Shown: positions 12,765-26,201 of the stretch, in pieces
Position numbering within the stretch: position 1 is the stretch's first letter
Layout: the number at the start of each line of letters is the position of its first letter
Assembly: GCF_004010195.1 (NCBI RefSeq)
Contig: NC_057719.1
Location: 91,634,512-91,698,511 of the forward strand
Length of the DNA stretch: 64,000 nucleotides
DNA from: Chiloscyllium plagiosum
Taxonomy: Eukaryota
Direction of reading: 5' to 3'
The notes under the pieces: model-generated
Databases searched by the model: none
Seen by the model: the letters and a program-made list of their open reading frames with translations, nothing else
What the model was told of the DNA's origin: nothing
Program-made: the position numbers and the translations under genes

Positions 12765-13854
12765 AGAACATACAAACTGATTGCAAAAGCGTTTAAAGGT
12801 CTGCAAAGAAAAAAATGATTAGTGATGACAAATTCGGGACCCTTACAATCAGAAACAGGGCAAGGTATAATGGGGAACAAAGAGATGGCAGTTCATTAAC
12901 TCCAGACCTAAATTCTGTCTTCTGAAAGAAAGGCACAAAAAAGTCTGAAAAATGTTAGAAAACACATGGTCTAGTTAGAGTCAAACTGAAAGGAAATCAG
13001 GATGATTTGGGAAATGGTATTGGGGAAATTGATAGGATTAAATCCTCCAGGGTCTGATAATTTGTATCCCAGAGTACTTTTGGAAACGGTCCCAAATTTA
13101 GTGGATGCATTGATGGCCATCTTTCAAAATTCTATAGACTCTGGAAATCTCAAAGAGTCCCTATGGATTGAAGGGTGGCTCAGGTAACCCCATTATTTAA
13201 AATATGGGAGTAAGAGAGAAAACAGGAAATTAAAGACAAGTTAGTCTATCAGTTACGAAAGTGCTGGAGTCCATCATAAAGGATTTTATTGGAGAGTTCT
13301 TGAAAAACAGTGGCAGAATTGGACAGAGTCGGCACTGATTTATGTAAGGGAAATAATGGTTGACAAATCCATTGGAACTTTAAATGAATGTAACTGGTAG
13401 AGGTCTTAAGGTAGAACCAGTGGATGTAGTCTACTTGGACTTTCAGAAGACCTTCACTCATGTTCCACATAAGAGATTAACATGCAAATTTAAAGCTCAT
13501 GGGTTTGCAGGGTAGCGTACTGACATAGATAAAGAACTGGCTGGCAGATAGGAGACAGAGTGGGAACAAACAGGTCATTTTCTGAGTGACCAGTGTGATA
13601 CCACAGGGATCGATATTAGGACCCCAGCTATTCACAGTATTACTGTTTTAGAAGATGGTATTAAATGTAATATTTCCAAGTTTGCAGACAGCACAGAGCT
13701 GAGTGGGAGGGTAAACTGTGAGGAAAGTGCAGAGATGCTTCGGTGTGACTTGGTCAAGTTGAAGGAGTGGGCATGACAGATGATTGTAGATAAATGCAAG
13801 GTTACATATTTTTGCAGCAAAAAAAATGGAAGCTTGATTATCATCTGAATGGTA

Positions 13855-15536
13855 CAGGTAGTTCTCCTATTTGCCTGTAATGTAATTTGTGAATTGCCAA
13901 CTTTTTTTTTAAATAAGAGAGCTCCCATTTGCTATTACGTGATTCTCATCCCCGGCAGTAGGTACCACGGTGCACGGAGGACTGGACTCCACATCAGCGT
14001 CGCATGACCAGTTGGCTCGTGCACTTTCTTGTGAAGAGCTTTATGCGGGGTATTGTGAAATGTTTGTTTTAGTGGACTTGAAAAAGCTTCATGAAAATGT
14101 CTCTACAGCCTGAGGACAAGAAGCTGGGAGCAATCTGTTAAAAACTTAAAGAGTTGATATAAGAGTGCAATTTCACTGGAATTGACCAACAGCAAAAGGA
14201 CAGTGTTGAACAACAGTTTGAAATTTGGCTTTGCTGCTTGTACTAAGAGCTTTTCTTCTCTTTTGAAAAAACTATGTTTAGATGTTAAACAATGCCCACA
14301 GACTCATGCGAATCTGTTTCAGTGACTAATCACTTTGGTAACCAACTGCAAAAATAATACCAGTACAGAGACTTGGACATGGTGAGTCAGCTGCTCAGGG
14401 TGGTCAGAGTAAGGAAACTCTGCACATAGTGGGTGAGGGAGAGAGAGGTGGGTAGCACTCTGTTACTCTTGGTACATGTGTGGAGATGTCCTGAGGGGGT
14501 GAGTAGACTGTGTAGAAGAGACTCAGGGTTAGTCAGGGTCAGACGTTACCAAGGATGAGAGCGAAGGGGAAGATGTTGCAGGAAATGGTGGGTACAGTAA
14601 CAGAGGTAGAGCGAGTGTGAGGTATCAAAAAGAAGATAGGGGCACTTTCATTGGCAGAGTGGAGAAGGTCATTGATCTTCTTCCTATAGTCTGTGCATTC
14701 CTTAAGTTGGTTGGGACTGCACTGGCCTGAATGATAACTCTGGTTCCAGCAGAATGGCGTTCTCTGTTGGCCTGGGAGAAAAGACCATCCTACCTCTGCA
14801 TCACCCTATCCCCATCAGTAGCATCTCCATGTCCCACCCACAAAGAGAGGTACCACCTTTCTATTATCTGTCACGGCCAGAGCCAATGTCAGGAACCATC
14901 CAGGGCAGCCCCAGACTCGCAGCTCTTGGCTGGGTGCACAATATCTTTTTAAAGAGGGTGCTGCACCACGGATGTTGGCCAATTCTGGGATATCCAGGAC
15001 GTGGCAAATTGTTTTGGATATGGTCTATGGTGCTAGAATGCGAGAGAGGGACACCAAAGGATGGGGTAGGTAATAAAAATAAGGAGATAGATAAAGGTAA
15101 AATAAGGTGTAAAATAAGATCGCAATCTGAAACCCTCTGAAAAAAACTGTCAAAACTGACATTTAGCAAAAGGAATTAAGATTCAGCCCTTAGTCTACCA
15201 AGGCAGGTTTCATTCTGGGATGTGACTTATGCAGTGTTACAGTGGATGGGATCAGAAGACTGCCTAGATTGTAGTGCAGCCAGCAGGTACAGGTGCCAAT
15301 CGAGAGTAATCAGTTAAAGATTCTGATGAATCGCACTACATAGTGCCATACAACAGGTCAAAATTTACTTAGACGGTGCGATTGTGTGTGTTAGGCTAAC
15401 TACTATGTTTGTTTTGATTTCCACTGGCATTTTTGGTGGTTTGCCCCTAATTTTTCCCATACGCCCCATTATTTTATTACATGATTGTCTATAACATGGT
15501 TTCACACGGGAATGCAACTATGGTGTTATAGGAGAA
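13855..15536. mobile_element. Non-autonomous Tc1/mariner-type element, same TIR family as the 6766 MITE, right TIR truncated
   Basis: TA|CAGGTAGTTCTCCTAT at the left and ATAGGAGAA at the right. The subterminal 3' sequence resembles the MITE end. It interrupts the host CR1. Confidence 0.55.
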
Positions 15537-16355
15537 TTGCAACAGACGTGCAAAGACACCTGGGTGTCCTTATATACCAGTCGCTGAAAGTAAGCATGCA
15601 GGTGCAGCAGGTGGTGAAGAGGGCAAATAATATGTTGTCCTTCGCAGCAAGACACTTTGGGTACAGGAACAAAAATGTCTTGCTGCAACTGGACAGGGCA
15701 TTGGCGAGACCACAGAGTTTTGGTCTCCTTATCTGAGGAAGGATGTCTTGGCGATAGAGGGAGTGCAGTGGGCGTAAGATTTACCAGTTTGATTCTTGGC
15801 ATGGTAGGACTGATGTGTAAAGACAGGCTGAATTGATTTGGACGATATTCACTGGGGTTTAGAAGAATGAGGGAGGAATCTTATACAAACCCATACAATT
15901 CTAACAGGACTAGACAAGGTAAGTGAAGGAAGCATGTCCCCAATGACTGGGGTGTTCAAAATCAGGGGTGACAGTCTAAAGATATGGAGTAGGCCACTTA
16001 GGACTGAGATGAGGAGATATTTATTCAGCCAGAGAATGGGTGAACCTGTGGAATTAGGCAAAAGTGAGGACTGCAGATGCTGGAAACCAGAGTCCAGATT
16101 AGATTGGTGCTGGAAAAGCATAGCAGGTCAGCCAGCATCTGAGAAGCAGGAAAATCGATGTTTCGGGTAAAAGCCCTTCATCAGGAATGGAGGCAGGGAG
16201 CCTCCAGAGTGGAGAAATAAATTGGGGTGTGGGACTGGGAAGAAGGTAGCAAAGAGTACAATAGGTGAATGGGGGTGGGGATGAAGGTGACAGGTCAGAG
16301 GGGAGGATGGAGCGAATAGGTGGGAAGGGAGATTGGCAGGTAGGACAGGTCATGA

Positions 16356-17860
16356 GGTTTTTACAAATACATTAAGGTCAAAAGGGTAACGAGGGAGAGA
16401 ATAGGGCCCCTCAAAGATCAGCAAGGCGGCCTTTGTGTGGAGCCACAGAAAATGGGGGAGATACTAAATGAATATTTTGCATCAGCATTTACTGTGGAAA
16501 AAGATACAGAAGATATTGACTGCAGGGAAATAGATGGTGACATCTTGCAAAATGTCCAGATTACTGAGGAGGAACTGCTGGATGTCTTGAAATGGTTAAA
16601 GGTGGATAAATCCCCAGGACCTGATCAGGTGTACCCGAGAACTCTGTGGGAAGCTAGAGAAGTGATTGCTGGGCCTCTTGCTGAGATATTTGAATCATCG
16701 ATAGTCACAGGTGAGGTGCCGGAAGACTGGAGGTTGGCAAACGTGGTGCCACTGTTTAAGAAGGGCAGTAAAGACAAGCCAGGGAACTATAGACTGGTGA
16801 GCCTGACCTCGGCGGTGGGAAAGTTGTTGGAGGGAATCCGGAGGGACAGGATATACATGTATTTGGAAAGGCAAGGTCTGATTAGGGACAGTCAACATGG
16901 CTTTGTGCATGGGAAATCAAGTCTCACAAACTTGATTAAGTTTTTTTGAAGAAGTAACAAAGAAGATTGATGAGGGCAGAGCAGTAGATGTGATCTATAT
17001 GGACTTCAGTAAGGCGTTCAACGAGGTTCCCCATGGGAGACTGATTAGCAAGGTTAGATATCATGGAATACAGGAAGAACTAGCCATTTGGATACAGAAC
17101 AGGTAGAAGACAGAGGGTGGTGGTGGAGGGTTGNNNNNNNNNNNNNNNNNNNNNNNNNNNNNNNNNNNNNNNNNNNNNNNNNNNNNNNNNNNNNNNNNNN
17201 NNNNNNNNNNNNNNNNNNNNNNNNNNNNNNNNNNNNNNNNNNNNNNNNNNNNNNNNNNNNNNNNNNNNNNNNNNNNNNNNNNNNNNNNNNNNNNNNNNNN
17301 NNNNNNNNNNNNNNNNNNNNNNNNNNNNNNNNNNNNNNNNNNNNNNNNNNNNNNNNNNNNNNNNNNNNNNNNNNNNNNNNNNNNNNNNNNNNNNNNNNNN
17401 NNNNNNNNNNNNNNNNNNNNNNNNNNNNNNNNNNNNNNNNNNNNNNNNNNNNNNNNNNNNNNNNNNNNNNNNNNNNNNNNNNNNNNNNNNNNNNNNNNNN
17501 NNNNNNNNNNNNNNNNNNNNNNNNNNNNNNNNNNNNNNNNNNNNNNNNNNNNNNNNNNNNNNNNNNNNNNNNNNNNNNNNNNNNNNNNNNNNNNNNNNNN
17601 NNNNNNNNNNNNNNNNNNNNNNNNNNNNNNNNNNNNNNNNNNNNNNNNNNNNNNNNNNNNNNNNNNNNNNCCAGAGGAAGTGGTGGAGGCTGGTACAATT
17701 GCAACATTTAAGAGGCATTTGGATGGGTATATGAATAGGAAGAGTTTGGAAGGATATGGGCTGGGTGCTGGCAGGTGGGACTAGATTGGGTTGGGATATC
17801 TGGTCGGCATGGACAGGTTGGACCAAAGGGTCTGTTTCCATGCTGTACGTCTCTATGACA
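16356..17860 (+). mobile_element. Young CR1 LINE, 5'-truncated, spans the assembly gap
   Basis: 170-aa ORF ...KSPGPDQVYPRTL...VPEDWRLANVVPLFKKG..DKPGNYR.VSLTS...SQHGF, and a 3' tail ...ctctatgac. Confidence 0.92.
17134..17670. other. Assembly gap (537 N)
   Basis: Run of n. Confidence 1.
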
Positions 17861-18577
17861 GTGCTGAGCTGGAAGTCTGGAACTAGGGTAAGGCTGGGGG
17901 AGGAGAAATGAGGAAACTGGTGAAGTCCACATTGAAGCCCTGGGGTTGAAGTGGAATTCTCTGCCACAGGAGTGGTTGAGGCCAAAATCCTAAATGATTT
18001 TAATCAGATACAGTTCTTATAGCTAAAGGGATCAATGGTCTGGGGGCTAAAGCAGGAAAAGGGTACAGAGTAGAATGATCAACCATGGTCATATTTATGG
18101 AGAAGCAGTCTTGAAGGGCCAAATACTGTTGCTCCTTTTTTAAAAAAAAATGATAAGTTTATTCTAACATATTTCAACCTTTCTAGACTCCTGCAGCATT
18201 AACGTTTGTGTAAAGTTCTCAGGTTTAGGTTGCAGCTGATTGAATGCAGATGCTAACCACCAAAACATCAGACACAGGACTCTGCAACTGTGTGCGGATA
18301 CCAACATTAATTTCACACGGTAAGAGTACATAGAACATTACAAGCACACCAGAGTATCATCATACTCGTAAAGTATGGTGCTATCTGTCCTTGAACAGCA
18401 CAGTTTACCAGACCAGTTTAAAGAGCAAGGCAAGTTCTTCAGTCAGGCACCCTTTCAAGAATCATGCAGCAAAGACAGGATAGCCACACTTTTCTCTCAG
18501 TGATGCTAACTTGGGGGAACTATATGTTAAACTGCAGAGCAAATCTATGAAAATAAAAACAAATTCTCAAAACTTAC

Positions 18578-18706
18578 ATCAGATGCACACCATTCCTGAA
18601 TCATGGACAGAATACATTTCAGAAGCACTTGGATAGCAAATGCTGGCTCCCACTCAGGTTCTATCTCAAGGTGCTGCCCAATCTGTCGGCTCATTGGCTC
18701 CATATT
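18578..18706 (-). CDS. UBR1: UBR1 exon 14 (129 nt): [43 protein letters not shown]
   Basis: RQ.GQH.E..P.WE.A..IQ..LK.IL.M.QEWCA.D motif. catttgtag| ... GAT|gtaagt. Confidence 0.95.
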
Positions 18707-19329
18707 CTACAAATGATGCATAAAAGTAACTGCTTAACGATTCATCAAGATAACATCAGGTCGCTTCAAGAACTTGCTAAATAACTAAATGAGCTACATC
18801 AATAAGCACAGGAAATTCCATTTTTTAAAAATAGACAAATAAATATTACAATCTATCCATTCCTAACCCTGAATCACGTTGGCAGTCATGAAAACTTAAA
18901 GGTTACTACTAAGATGTTGAAGTCTTTCTCAGGTGAGCATTAAGAAGAACATTATCACCCATTTTGCAATATTATAGGAAGGGAAAAGTGTTTTATTAAC
19001 ATTTAGAACCTTAAAGAACGTAGTGTTTCTGAGAAATTAATAAGAAATTAGAGCATTCCGAAGGGAAAAAAAAATTAAACCTAGTTCATGGTCAGTACCA
19101 GCTCAAGAAATTATAATAGTGCTCCAAACAAAACTATTCTGCTCTCTTTCATTAATTGCAGTTACATAAATATCTATTGCTCTGAAAAAAATGCGACAAG
19201 TTAATCTGCATCTGTCTATGAAACTTGGCCGATTCTAAGTTTTTTTAGTGTTCAAGATTATAGGCGCAATGCATTCTTCTACAAACTCTGACTGTGTCAC
19301 CACCTAAAAGCCATTAACTTGCATTGTAT

Positions 19330-19660
19330 ATTTAAAATATTTATCATATTAATCAGGCACCTCACAATATTAAATAAACTTTGATGCTACATAATATTAG
19401 GACAGTTAACATCGATTTAAAGGAGCATCTTAAAAGGAAGAGAAAGAGGGAATGGGAGTTCCAGAGACTAGAGCCAAGGCAGCTGAAGGCATAGCCTTCA
19501 ATGGCGAAGCAATTAAACCCACATTCAAAGGACCTGGTTTGGAGGATCACACAGTCATCTTAAAGACTAAAAGGCCTGGAAGCAGTGAGATGGATAAGAA
19601 CGGAGGAGGTCAGTGAAAGATCTGGAAACAATGACAAAAATATTAAAATAACACCAACTT
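19330..19660 (-). mobile_element. L2-like LINE 3' fragment
   Basis: Minus frame AIEGYAFSCLGSSLWNS...FKS.L resembles an L2 ORF2 C-terminus. Confidence 0.55.
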
Positions 19661-19881
19661 GTCCAAAAATGACTGACTGCATTTTCTAGCTAGTCAACTT
19701 CTCACAGGATTAACAGATGACTGGCACAAAAGAGTGAGAAATATTGAATATCTATTTCCCCTAACTTCAGCAAACTACTTAGTGGGAATTGTTTACATCA
19801 AAATCATTTTCTGTCAAAGCCATTAATAAGTTAGGATCTGCAACATGAAGAGTGGTATAGTCAAAGTTTATTGTTACTTAC

Positions 19882-19981
19882 TTGCATGGTTTTTAATAGC
19901 TTCAAAAATGTTTTAAAACCCTCAAGGAAACGCTCTCTTAGCTTGTCTGTCCACAGAGGTGGCTTGCTGATCAAAACATAC
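19882..19981 (-). CDS. UBR1: UBR1 exon 13 (100 nt): [33 protein letters not shown]
   Basis: Y.LISKP..WT..LR..FLEGF motif. ctttctttgaag| ... CAA|gtaagt. Confidence 0.95.
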
Positions 19982-20709
19982 CTTCAAAGAAAGGAAAACG
20001 AAGAGAAGAGATACATAATTTCTCCTGGTGAGTCTAAGGTACCTTTGCTGCAAACAAGCAAAAACAGACCTTTCAGCCTATTTAGGATAGTTGTTTCACA
20101 CCACACCTGGTTCCTCCTATGCATCTCCATTTCACCCGAGCATCACAATCTTTCATTCCAGTCTTCCCTCATCTGTACATTTCACTTCCTCTTAAAACAT
20201 CAATGCTGTCTGTCTCAATATTTTGATGCAGTTACAAACTTGAATTCGATAAGTGGGTGGTTTATCCTTAATCAGGAGAAATTACTTGCACAAAGCTGGA
20301 TTTTGTCATGCTGCAATGGCACTTACTTGCAAGCCTGCCAATTAACTGCACCCATCAACTGAACTGACCTATCTTGAAGCTACAGTGACTTTCAGAACCT
20401 TTTTTTTTAATGAAATAAATACAGATAAATTATCTGAGGTACTGACTGGAAAATTGGCCTTGCACCTTGAGGAGTTGGGTTCAAACTCGGCTTAATACAA
20501 TGGTTAGAAACCACTTCTCCAAGTATAAGCTAAATCCAATTGCTTCTGGACTTGAGGACTGCCTATAACTCACCATAAACAGGTAATCCTATTTACAAGT
20601 CCACGATACCTGCAGGAATGGATTGAGTGTTGTTTAAATGGTAGCACTGGAATTAGATCAAAAGGAGATTTAATCAGCGATAGAGTGGTAGGACTGCTTG
20701 GGAGGTCAA

Positions 20710-21657
20710 AGAACAATACAGCACAGGAACTAGTCGTTCAGCCCTCTAAGCCTGCACCAACACATTTTGCCCTTCCATATCACAAGTGCCTTCACTTACA
20801 GGATGCAAATTCCACATACTCGGAAACATCCTGGTAAACCTTTTCTGCACCCTCTCCAAAGCACCCACAAGTTTCCGACAGTGTGGTGACCAGAACTGTA
20901 GGCAATATTGTAAGTGAGGCCAAACTAAAATTCTGTAAGGATGTAGCATACGTTGCCTGTCCTTATACTCAATGCCCCTTTCGATGAAGGCAAGCTTGTC
21001 ATAGGCCTTTTTTATTACCGTATCTACCTTCACTGCCACATTCAATGATCTGTGGAGCTGCACACCCAAATACCTCTACAATATTCCTAATGGTTCTGCC
21101 ATTTACTGTATAATTTCCACCTGTACTTGATGTTCCAAAATATATCACTTCACATTTATTTGGATTAAACTCCATCTGCCACTTTTCTGCCCATGCCTCC
21201 AGCTGATCTATATCATGATGTATCCTCTGACAGTCTTCCTCACTATCCGCAACAGCACCAACCTTTTTAATCATGTACAAATTTACTAATTAGACCAGCC
21301 ACATTTTCCTCCACATCATTTATGTAGACCACAAACAGCAGAGGTCCCAGCATGGATTCCTGTGGAACACCACTAGTCACAACCCTCCTTTCCAAAAAGC
21401 ATCCTTCCACCGCTACTTCCTGTCCCCTATGACTAAGCCAGTTCTGTATCCATACTGACAGCTAACCATGGTACCATGTGACTTCATCTTTTGTACCAGT
21501 CTGCCATGAGGGACCTTGTCAAAGGCTTTACTGAAGTCCATGTAGATAACATCCAATGTTTTTCCCTCAATCATCTTTGTGACCTACTCAAAAATCTCGA
21601 TCCAGTTCGTGAGGCATGACCTCTCCTGCACAAAACCATGCTGTCTCTCACTCATAA
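20710..21657 (-). mobile_element. CR1 LINE RT fragment
   Basis: WAEKWQMEFNPNKCEV and LQYCLQFWSPH...LERVQKRFTRM. Confidence 0.88.
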
Positions 21658-22219
21658 ATATGGTCAGACTTTACTGCCCACTAATTCCCCTGTCTCTAAT
21701 GCTGTTGTTCACATCTGTTTTCAAACAACTAGGTAACAATGTGCAAATCCAAAATGAAAATATATTCCACTCCTCAGAAATGAAAATTTTAAACTGAACA
21801 GGCACTAAGGAAAAACAGCTATTTCCTTTGGTGATGTGGTTAGTAAACACACTATGAATGATGGCAAAAATCACAAAGAGCCCAGCTTCAGAAGAGTCTC
21901 ACCTGAATCCTTCAGAGGATTTGTGTGTGATTGATGTTTATGCCTCTTAGCTTTTGACTCTCCACAAGTGGGACAGACTGCCAATTTTTAAGCCTTTCAA
22001 CATTCTGAAGGCAATGTCATAACTAACCACTGAAAAGTTTTTTTTGTCTTTAACCAATCTCCTGTTCCCAACTGAGGGCAAATAATGGTCTGCTTTCAAA
22101 TACTGTAACTGTGAGCAAGCTAATTCCAACTGAACACTGAAGGGATACAGTCTGTGTGTCTGGCGTGTGAGCATAAATAAAGAGTGAAAATTAAAGAGAT
22201 TAAAGGGAGAAAATAAAGA

Positions 22220-22633
22220 TCATGCCTTTTTCTGTCGCACTTTTCATGATCTCAGTACATTAAAAAGTCTTTCCAACCAATTAAGTATTTTTTGAAGCAG
22301 CCACCGTTTTAATTCGGAAAATGTGACAGGCAGTTTGCAAAGATCAATCTACCACAAACAACATTGCTTTAACCAGATAACCTGTTTGTGACATTCAATG
22401 ATTGATAAATACTGGTCAGGATACTGGGAAGCACTTTGAAAATGGCATCGTGAGATCTTTTACATCCACCTGAGGGGCAAATGGCTCTTGGTTCAACATT
22501 TAATCTGAACAGCAGCATCTCCAACAGTGCAGTATGCTTTGAATGTAACGTCTGCGTGAATATTGAGCTCCAGTCTCCCAGGTAAGGTATTCTGACTCAG
22601 AGGTTTTTATGCTGGCATTGAGTCATAGCTAAC
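22220..22633 (-). mobile_element. DeuSINE (SacSINE1-like), near full length
   Basis: Reverse complement has the Deu-domain (cctcaggtggatgtaaaagatc...atttatc), an L2-type tail and a tRNA-like head. Homologous to 60825-61140. Confidence 0.7.
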
Positions 22634-23502
22634 AGAACAATTACATTTCCCTCATCCAATTCTTTCTGGAATTCAGTATCTTTTTAGGATGAGTTAAGGT
22701 TCAATAGTTCTGACTTGATTAAAACAGCGAGGAATTAAATTATATTTAATTGTGATTAGTTGCAAAACACTTTAATGAAGAATAGTCATTTGGCTCAGGT
22801 CAACAGGAAGATCTATGGTTTTAGTGTTGTTTTATGGCCCAAGCTACTGCAGACTCAAGCTAACAAATGGCAGCTTTTAAAAAACTTTGATTCAAGGATA
22901 TACTGTAACTGTATTTAAATAATTTGCTACTGTAACTTTAAGCATGCAATAGGCCAAGGTATATTACATTTGTATGGTTATTTGAGATTTATGTATTTTG
23001 CTGCTTCAATTATACTTTGTTACATCAGTGAGGTCTTTTTGAAGTAACTTTAGTCAATTTATTTCATACAAACAATCACATGGGAGTCACACATGGTTCT
23101 TTGGGTTAAAATATATTAATTAGCTTTGGAACTTTCCAGATAACATAAATATATTAGTTGAGAGATGTAGAACAACATTAAACCACCAAGTACTGACACT
23201 ACATGCGCTCTCGCAGATATGCAAATTGCTTGACTTGTGCCTCATTAACTTGATAAAGATCAATGATGTCAGCAAGCCCAGAGGGATAAACTGTGATAAG
23301 GTGAATAATCCAGAGCGATTGTTCATTTCAAAGAACAAATAATATCAAATAAGAGGACCATGAACTTTAAAGAAACTGATTGGGAATCAGGCACACACCA
23401 CTTAAATACTGTATTGATCGTGAGCTGGTTATGCATTGACAGGCCAATCACAGTTCAAGGTGACTCTGACTAATCACAAGAGTTAGTGGTTAGAAAAGAT
23501 TA

Positions 23503-23690
23503 GGCAAAAACAATGACTGCAGATGCTGGAAACCAGAGACGAGATTAGAGTGGTGCTGGAAAACACAGCAGCTCAGGCAGCATCCAAGCAGGAAAATCGA
23601 CTTTTCAGGCAAAAGCTGCTATTTGTATTCCTGATGAAGGGCTTGTGCCCGAAACGTCAATTTTACTGCTCCTCGGATGCTGCCCGAACC
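23503..23690. mobile_element. PLE family A inverted-repeat insertion with an intact plus-strand hammerhead (23627-23662)
   Basis: Perfect 14-bp TSD gttagaaaagatta at 23489-23502 and 23691-23704. CUGAUGA-a-GGGC uugu GCCC-GAAA-CG-UC. Confidence 0.88.
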
Positions 23691-24154
23691 GTTAGAAAAG
23701 ATTAATAAGCAACAATACTTACATTAAAAAAAAAGTGATGATTTAATGATTTGGGATACAGTAAGAAGATAGACAGAAGAAAAAACATGAATAGAACTGA
23801 ATGAAAGACATGCATCAGTCACAGTCAAACACCATAAGTCGGTGTGCCAAAGTAGATCAACTGAAGATCACTACCTTATTGAGCATTCATTTGTACTCAC
23901 TATAAAAAACAAGAAATTTGCTGAAATTTATGAAAGCACACTTATTCCTGGAATGGTCCTGCAAGTAAGCAAGACTTGCAGTCATTTTATATTGGCTCTC
24001 ACAATTCAATCTAAAATTGTAATTGACTTAGTTCTTATAAATAAAGTTAAATTAAACCACAAATCTTACACTTTCATCTTCATGACCAGGACTGGTGAAT
24101 CTATAGTAAAAATACAAGCTCCTGAAATGTGTTCTGCATTTGTAATCCTTGTTG

Positions 24155-24261
24155 TGGAGGTGCCAGTGTTGGACTGGGATGGACAAAGTTAAAAATCATA
24201 CAATACCAGGTTCTAAATAAACCTGTCGGACTTTCACCTGCTGTTGTCAGATTTTTTAACA
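24155..24261. mobile_element. PLE family B inverted insertion lacking the hammerhead
   Basis: Homologous to the ends of 4160-4406. Perfect 12-bp TSD taatccttgttg at 24143-24154 and 24262-24273. Confidence 0.8.
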
Positions 24262-25204
24262 TAATCCTTGTTGCTTGCTCTCTGACAATTTTGTCCCATC
24301 TGAAAATAATTTTTAGGCTTGCTATCACATTTTCATTTATTTTCATAAGGTGTCCTGTAATTTTTTTTTAAACTGCGAAGTCCCAGTTTATCAAAGTATT
24401 TCTTAAAATTCCACCTACTTGAGAAATTAAGTCTCACTACTCCAATTTCCTGTTATATCACCACAATGTGCAATTCCATTCAAGGAGTTTGTAGTTTGAG
24501 GTAATAACCTAATGTACTTCAGACATGGTGGAAAATAAGCTATTTCCTCAGAGTTCAAGATTAGTGGAAGAAGGTACTTGTTTGTACTTTCGCACCCTAT
24601 CCCATACCTCAAAGCAACTCACACATTTCTTTGGAATACAGCCACTTTTGCAACAAAGCTGAAAGCAGTCATTTTTGCAGACGTCACTGCAACTTAAATA
24701 ATAAGTTATTTATGTTCTAGGTTAGTTTATGGACAATATCAGTGTGGACCCTAGATCAGCAACCTCTTCAAAATGGTTTTTTTAACTTTTAAATAAATTC
24801 TTAACAATTATCTGGGTGGTCAGATGGGGTCCAGGTAAAACAATGCTATACCACCTCCAAAAACAAGATTGCCCCACCTCTAATAAAACCAGAAATGGGA
24901 GAGTTCGAAACAGACTGGAATCCAGTCGGAAACATGTTTTAACAGTTCTCTCACACATATTAACATAAATGTTCAAGTGATTTGTATTTCCAGAAAATTA
25001 CTCCAATTATTGGATGTTTCAAATCAATGACTTGATATTAGAACTGCCAAGGATTTAACTGAAACACTGGACTTGGTAACAGGACACTTAGAAAATCATC
25101 ATTTCATGTTGACAATGCCACAAAAAGAAATCACATTTGACAAATCTATTATAGCTTTTTGAGATTACAAGTGAAAGGTAAAATTGCCAAAGAACTACTG
25201 AGCA

Positions 25205-25370
25205 CAGGGCTTATCTCTCATTAGAGCAAGGTTTAACCTGACTGTCGCCGTACCTCAGGCCAGCACAGCAGAGTTCTTCACGTTAACCTCAGCCAGTGTG
25301 GGAACTGAACCACATCAGTGGTATCACTCTGCATTGTAAACCAGCCATCCAAATCAACTGAGCCAACCAT
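25205..25370 (-). mobile_element. tRNA-derived SINE fragment
   Basis: Minus strand ggttggctcagttg...ggttcagttcccacactggctgagg (A- and B-box-like head). Confidence 0.55.
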
Positions 25371-26201
25371 CAAGAGAGGGAGGGTACACCTTTTTGGATA
25401 CTATAGAAATGCTATGATATAGATACACTTTAAGCAGGTGGAGTTTACATAGATCAATCACTACCTTATCGAATAGAAGATGATGCCGAAAGGATCAAAT
25501 GACTTTTTCCATGTTCTTATTTTTAAAATTTATTACAACTCTACACATTGCTCCACAGATGCTGAGTAACCTGCAGTGTTTCCAGCATTTTCATTTTCAA
25601 TTTCATTTTCTATTTTAGAATTCTAATATCTGCAGTTTCTTGCCTATGTGTCAGATATTGATTTGCTTTAACTTTTATTTCATCTTCTATTCAAGTATTT
25701 TTTTAACCTCATTAAATCCAAATGCTTTGTGAAGCACAACAAACAAAACAGCAAAGCAAAAGAAACTGAGCCAGTCGGAGGGGCACAATTCAACAACTGT
25801 TTCACTGCATCAGAACCTCTAACAGCTACATGATCTGAAATAGCTGGAGTGTTGAGTATAACCACTACTGCATTTCCAGAACATTGTTCTGATTGATCAG
25901 AGTAAAAAGACTATATTTGCACAGTTGGAGAAAACAGTCTTTAATAAAGACTCCTGTGCAGCAAAAAATTAAATAGGAACTCTTGTATACTACTTAGCAC
26001 TTTGCTACTCTGCTGCCATTTTGCTAATGCTACTTTGATTATACTGTATACATACACTGGCCCAAAGTATTATCTTAAACTTTGTTAAGAATACTCAGAA
26101 CTTCAATAGGCCAACAACTAAATAACGATTTGAAAAGTCTTATGCACCTAATCCATCATTAAAGAGAAATGACCAATCTGGGGTCTGATGATGACACTTA
26201 C

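Larger units (their letters stand above)
16056..17950 (-). mobile_element. Neptune-type PLE 3' fragment (family A) with hammerhead, split by a younger CR1
   Basis: Terminal repeat plus HHR (gtttcgggtaaaagcccttcatcagg), resuming at about 17860. 8-bp TSD gtggaatt at 16048-16055 and 17951-17958. Confidence 0.8.
10800..18135 (+). mobile_element. Long decayed CR1 LINE (endonuclease to 3' tail) hosting several nested insertions
   Basis: IIMGDFN, QYVEEP.RGEAILD, PG.DNLYPRVL, DVVYLDFQK and KFADSTEL fragments. The sequence resumes collinearly after each nested insert. Confidence 0.8.

Noticed and set aside
17054..17985. Long ORFs of 205-301 aa
   Set aside because: Artefacts of translating through the N gap.
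23631..23660. TGATGA/CTGA as C/D-box snoRNA
   Set aside because: The order and spacing fit a hammerhead core within a repeat. There is no C...D box pair with a terminal stem.
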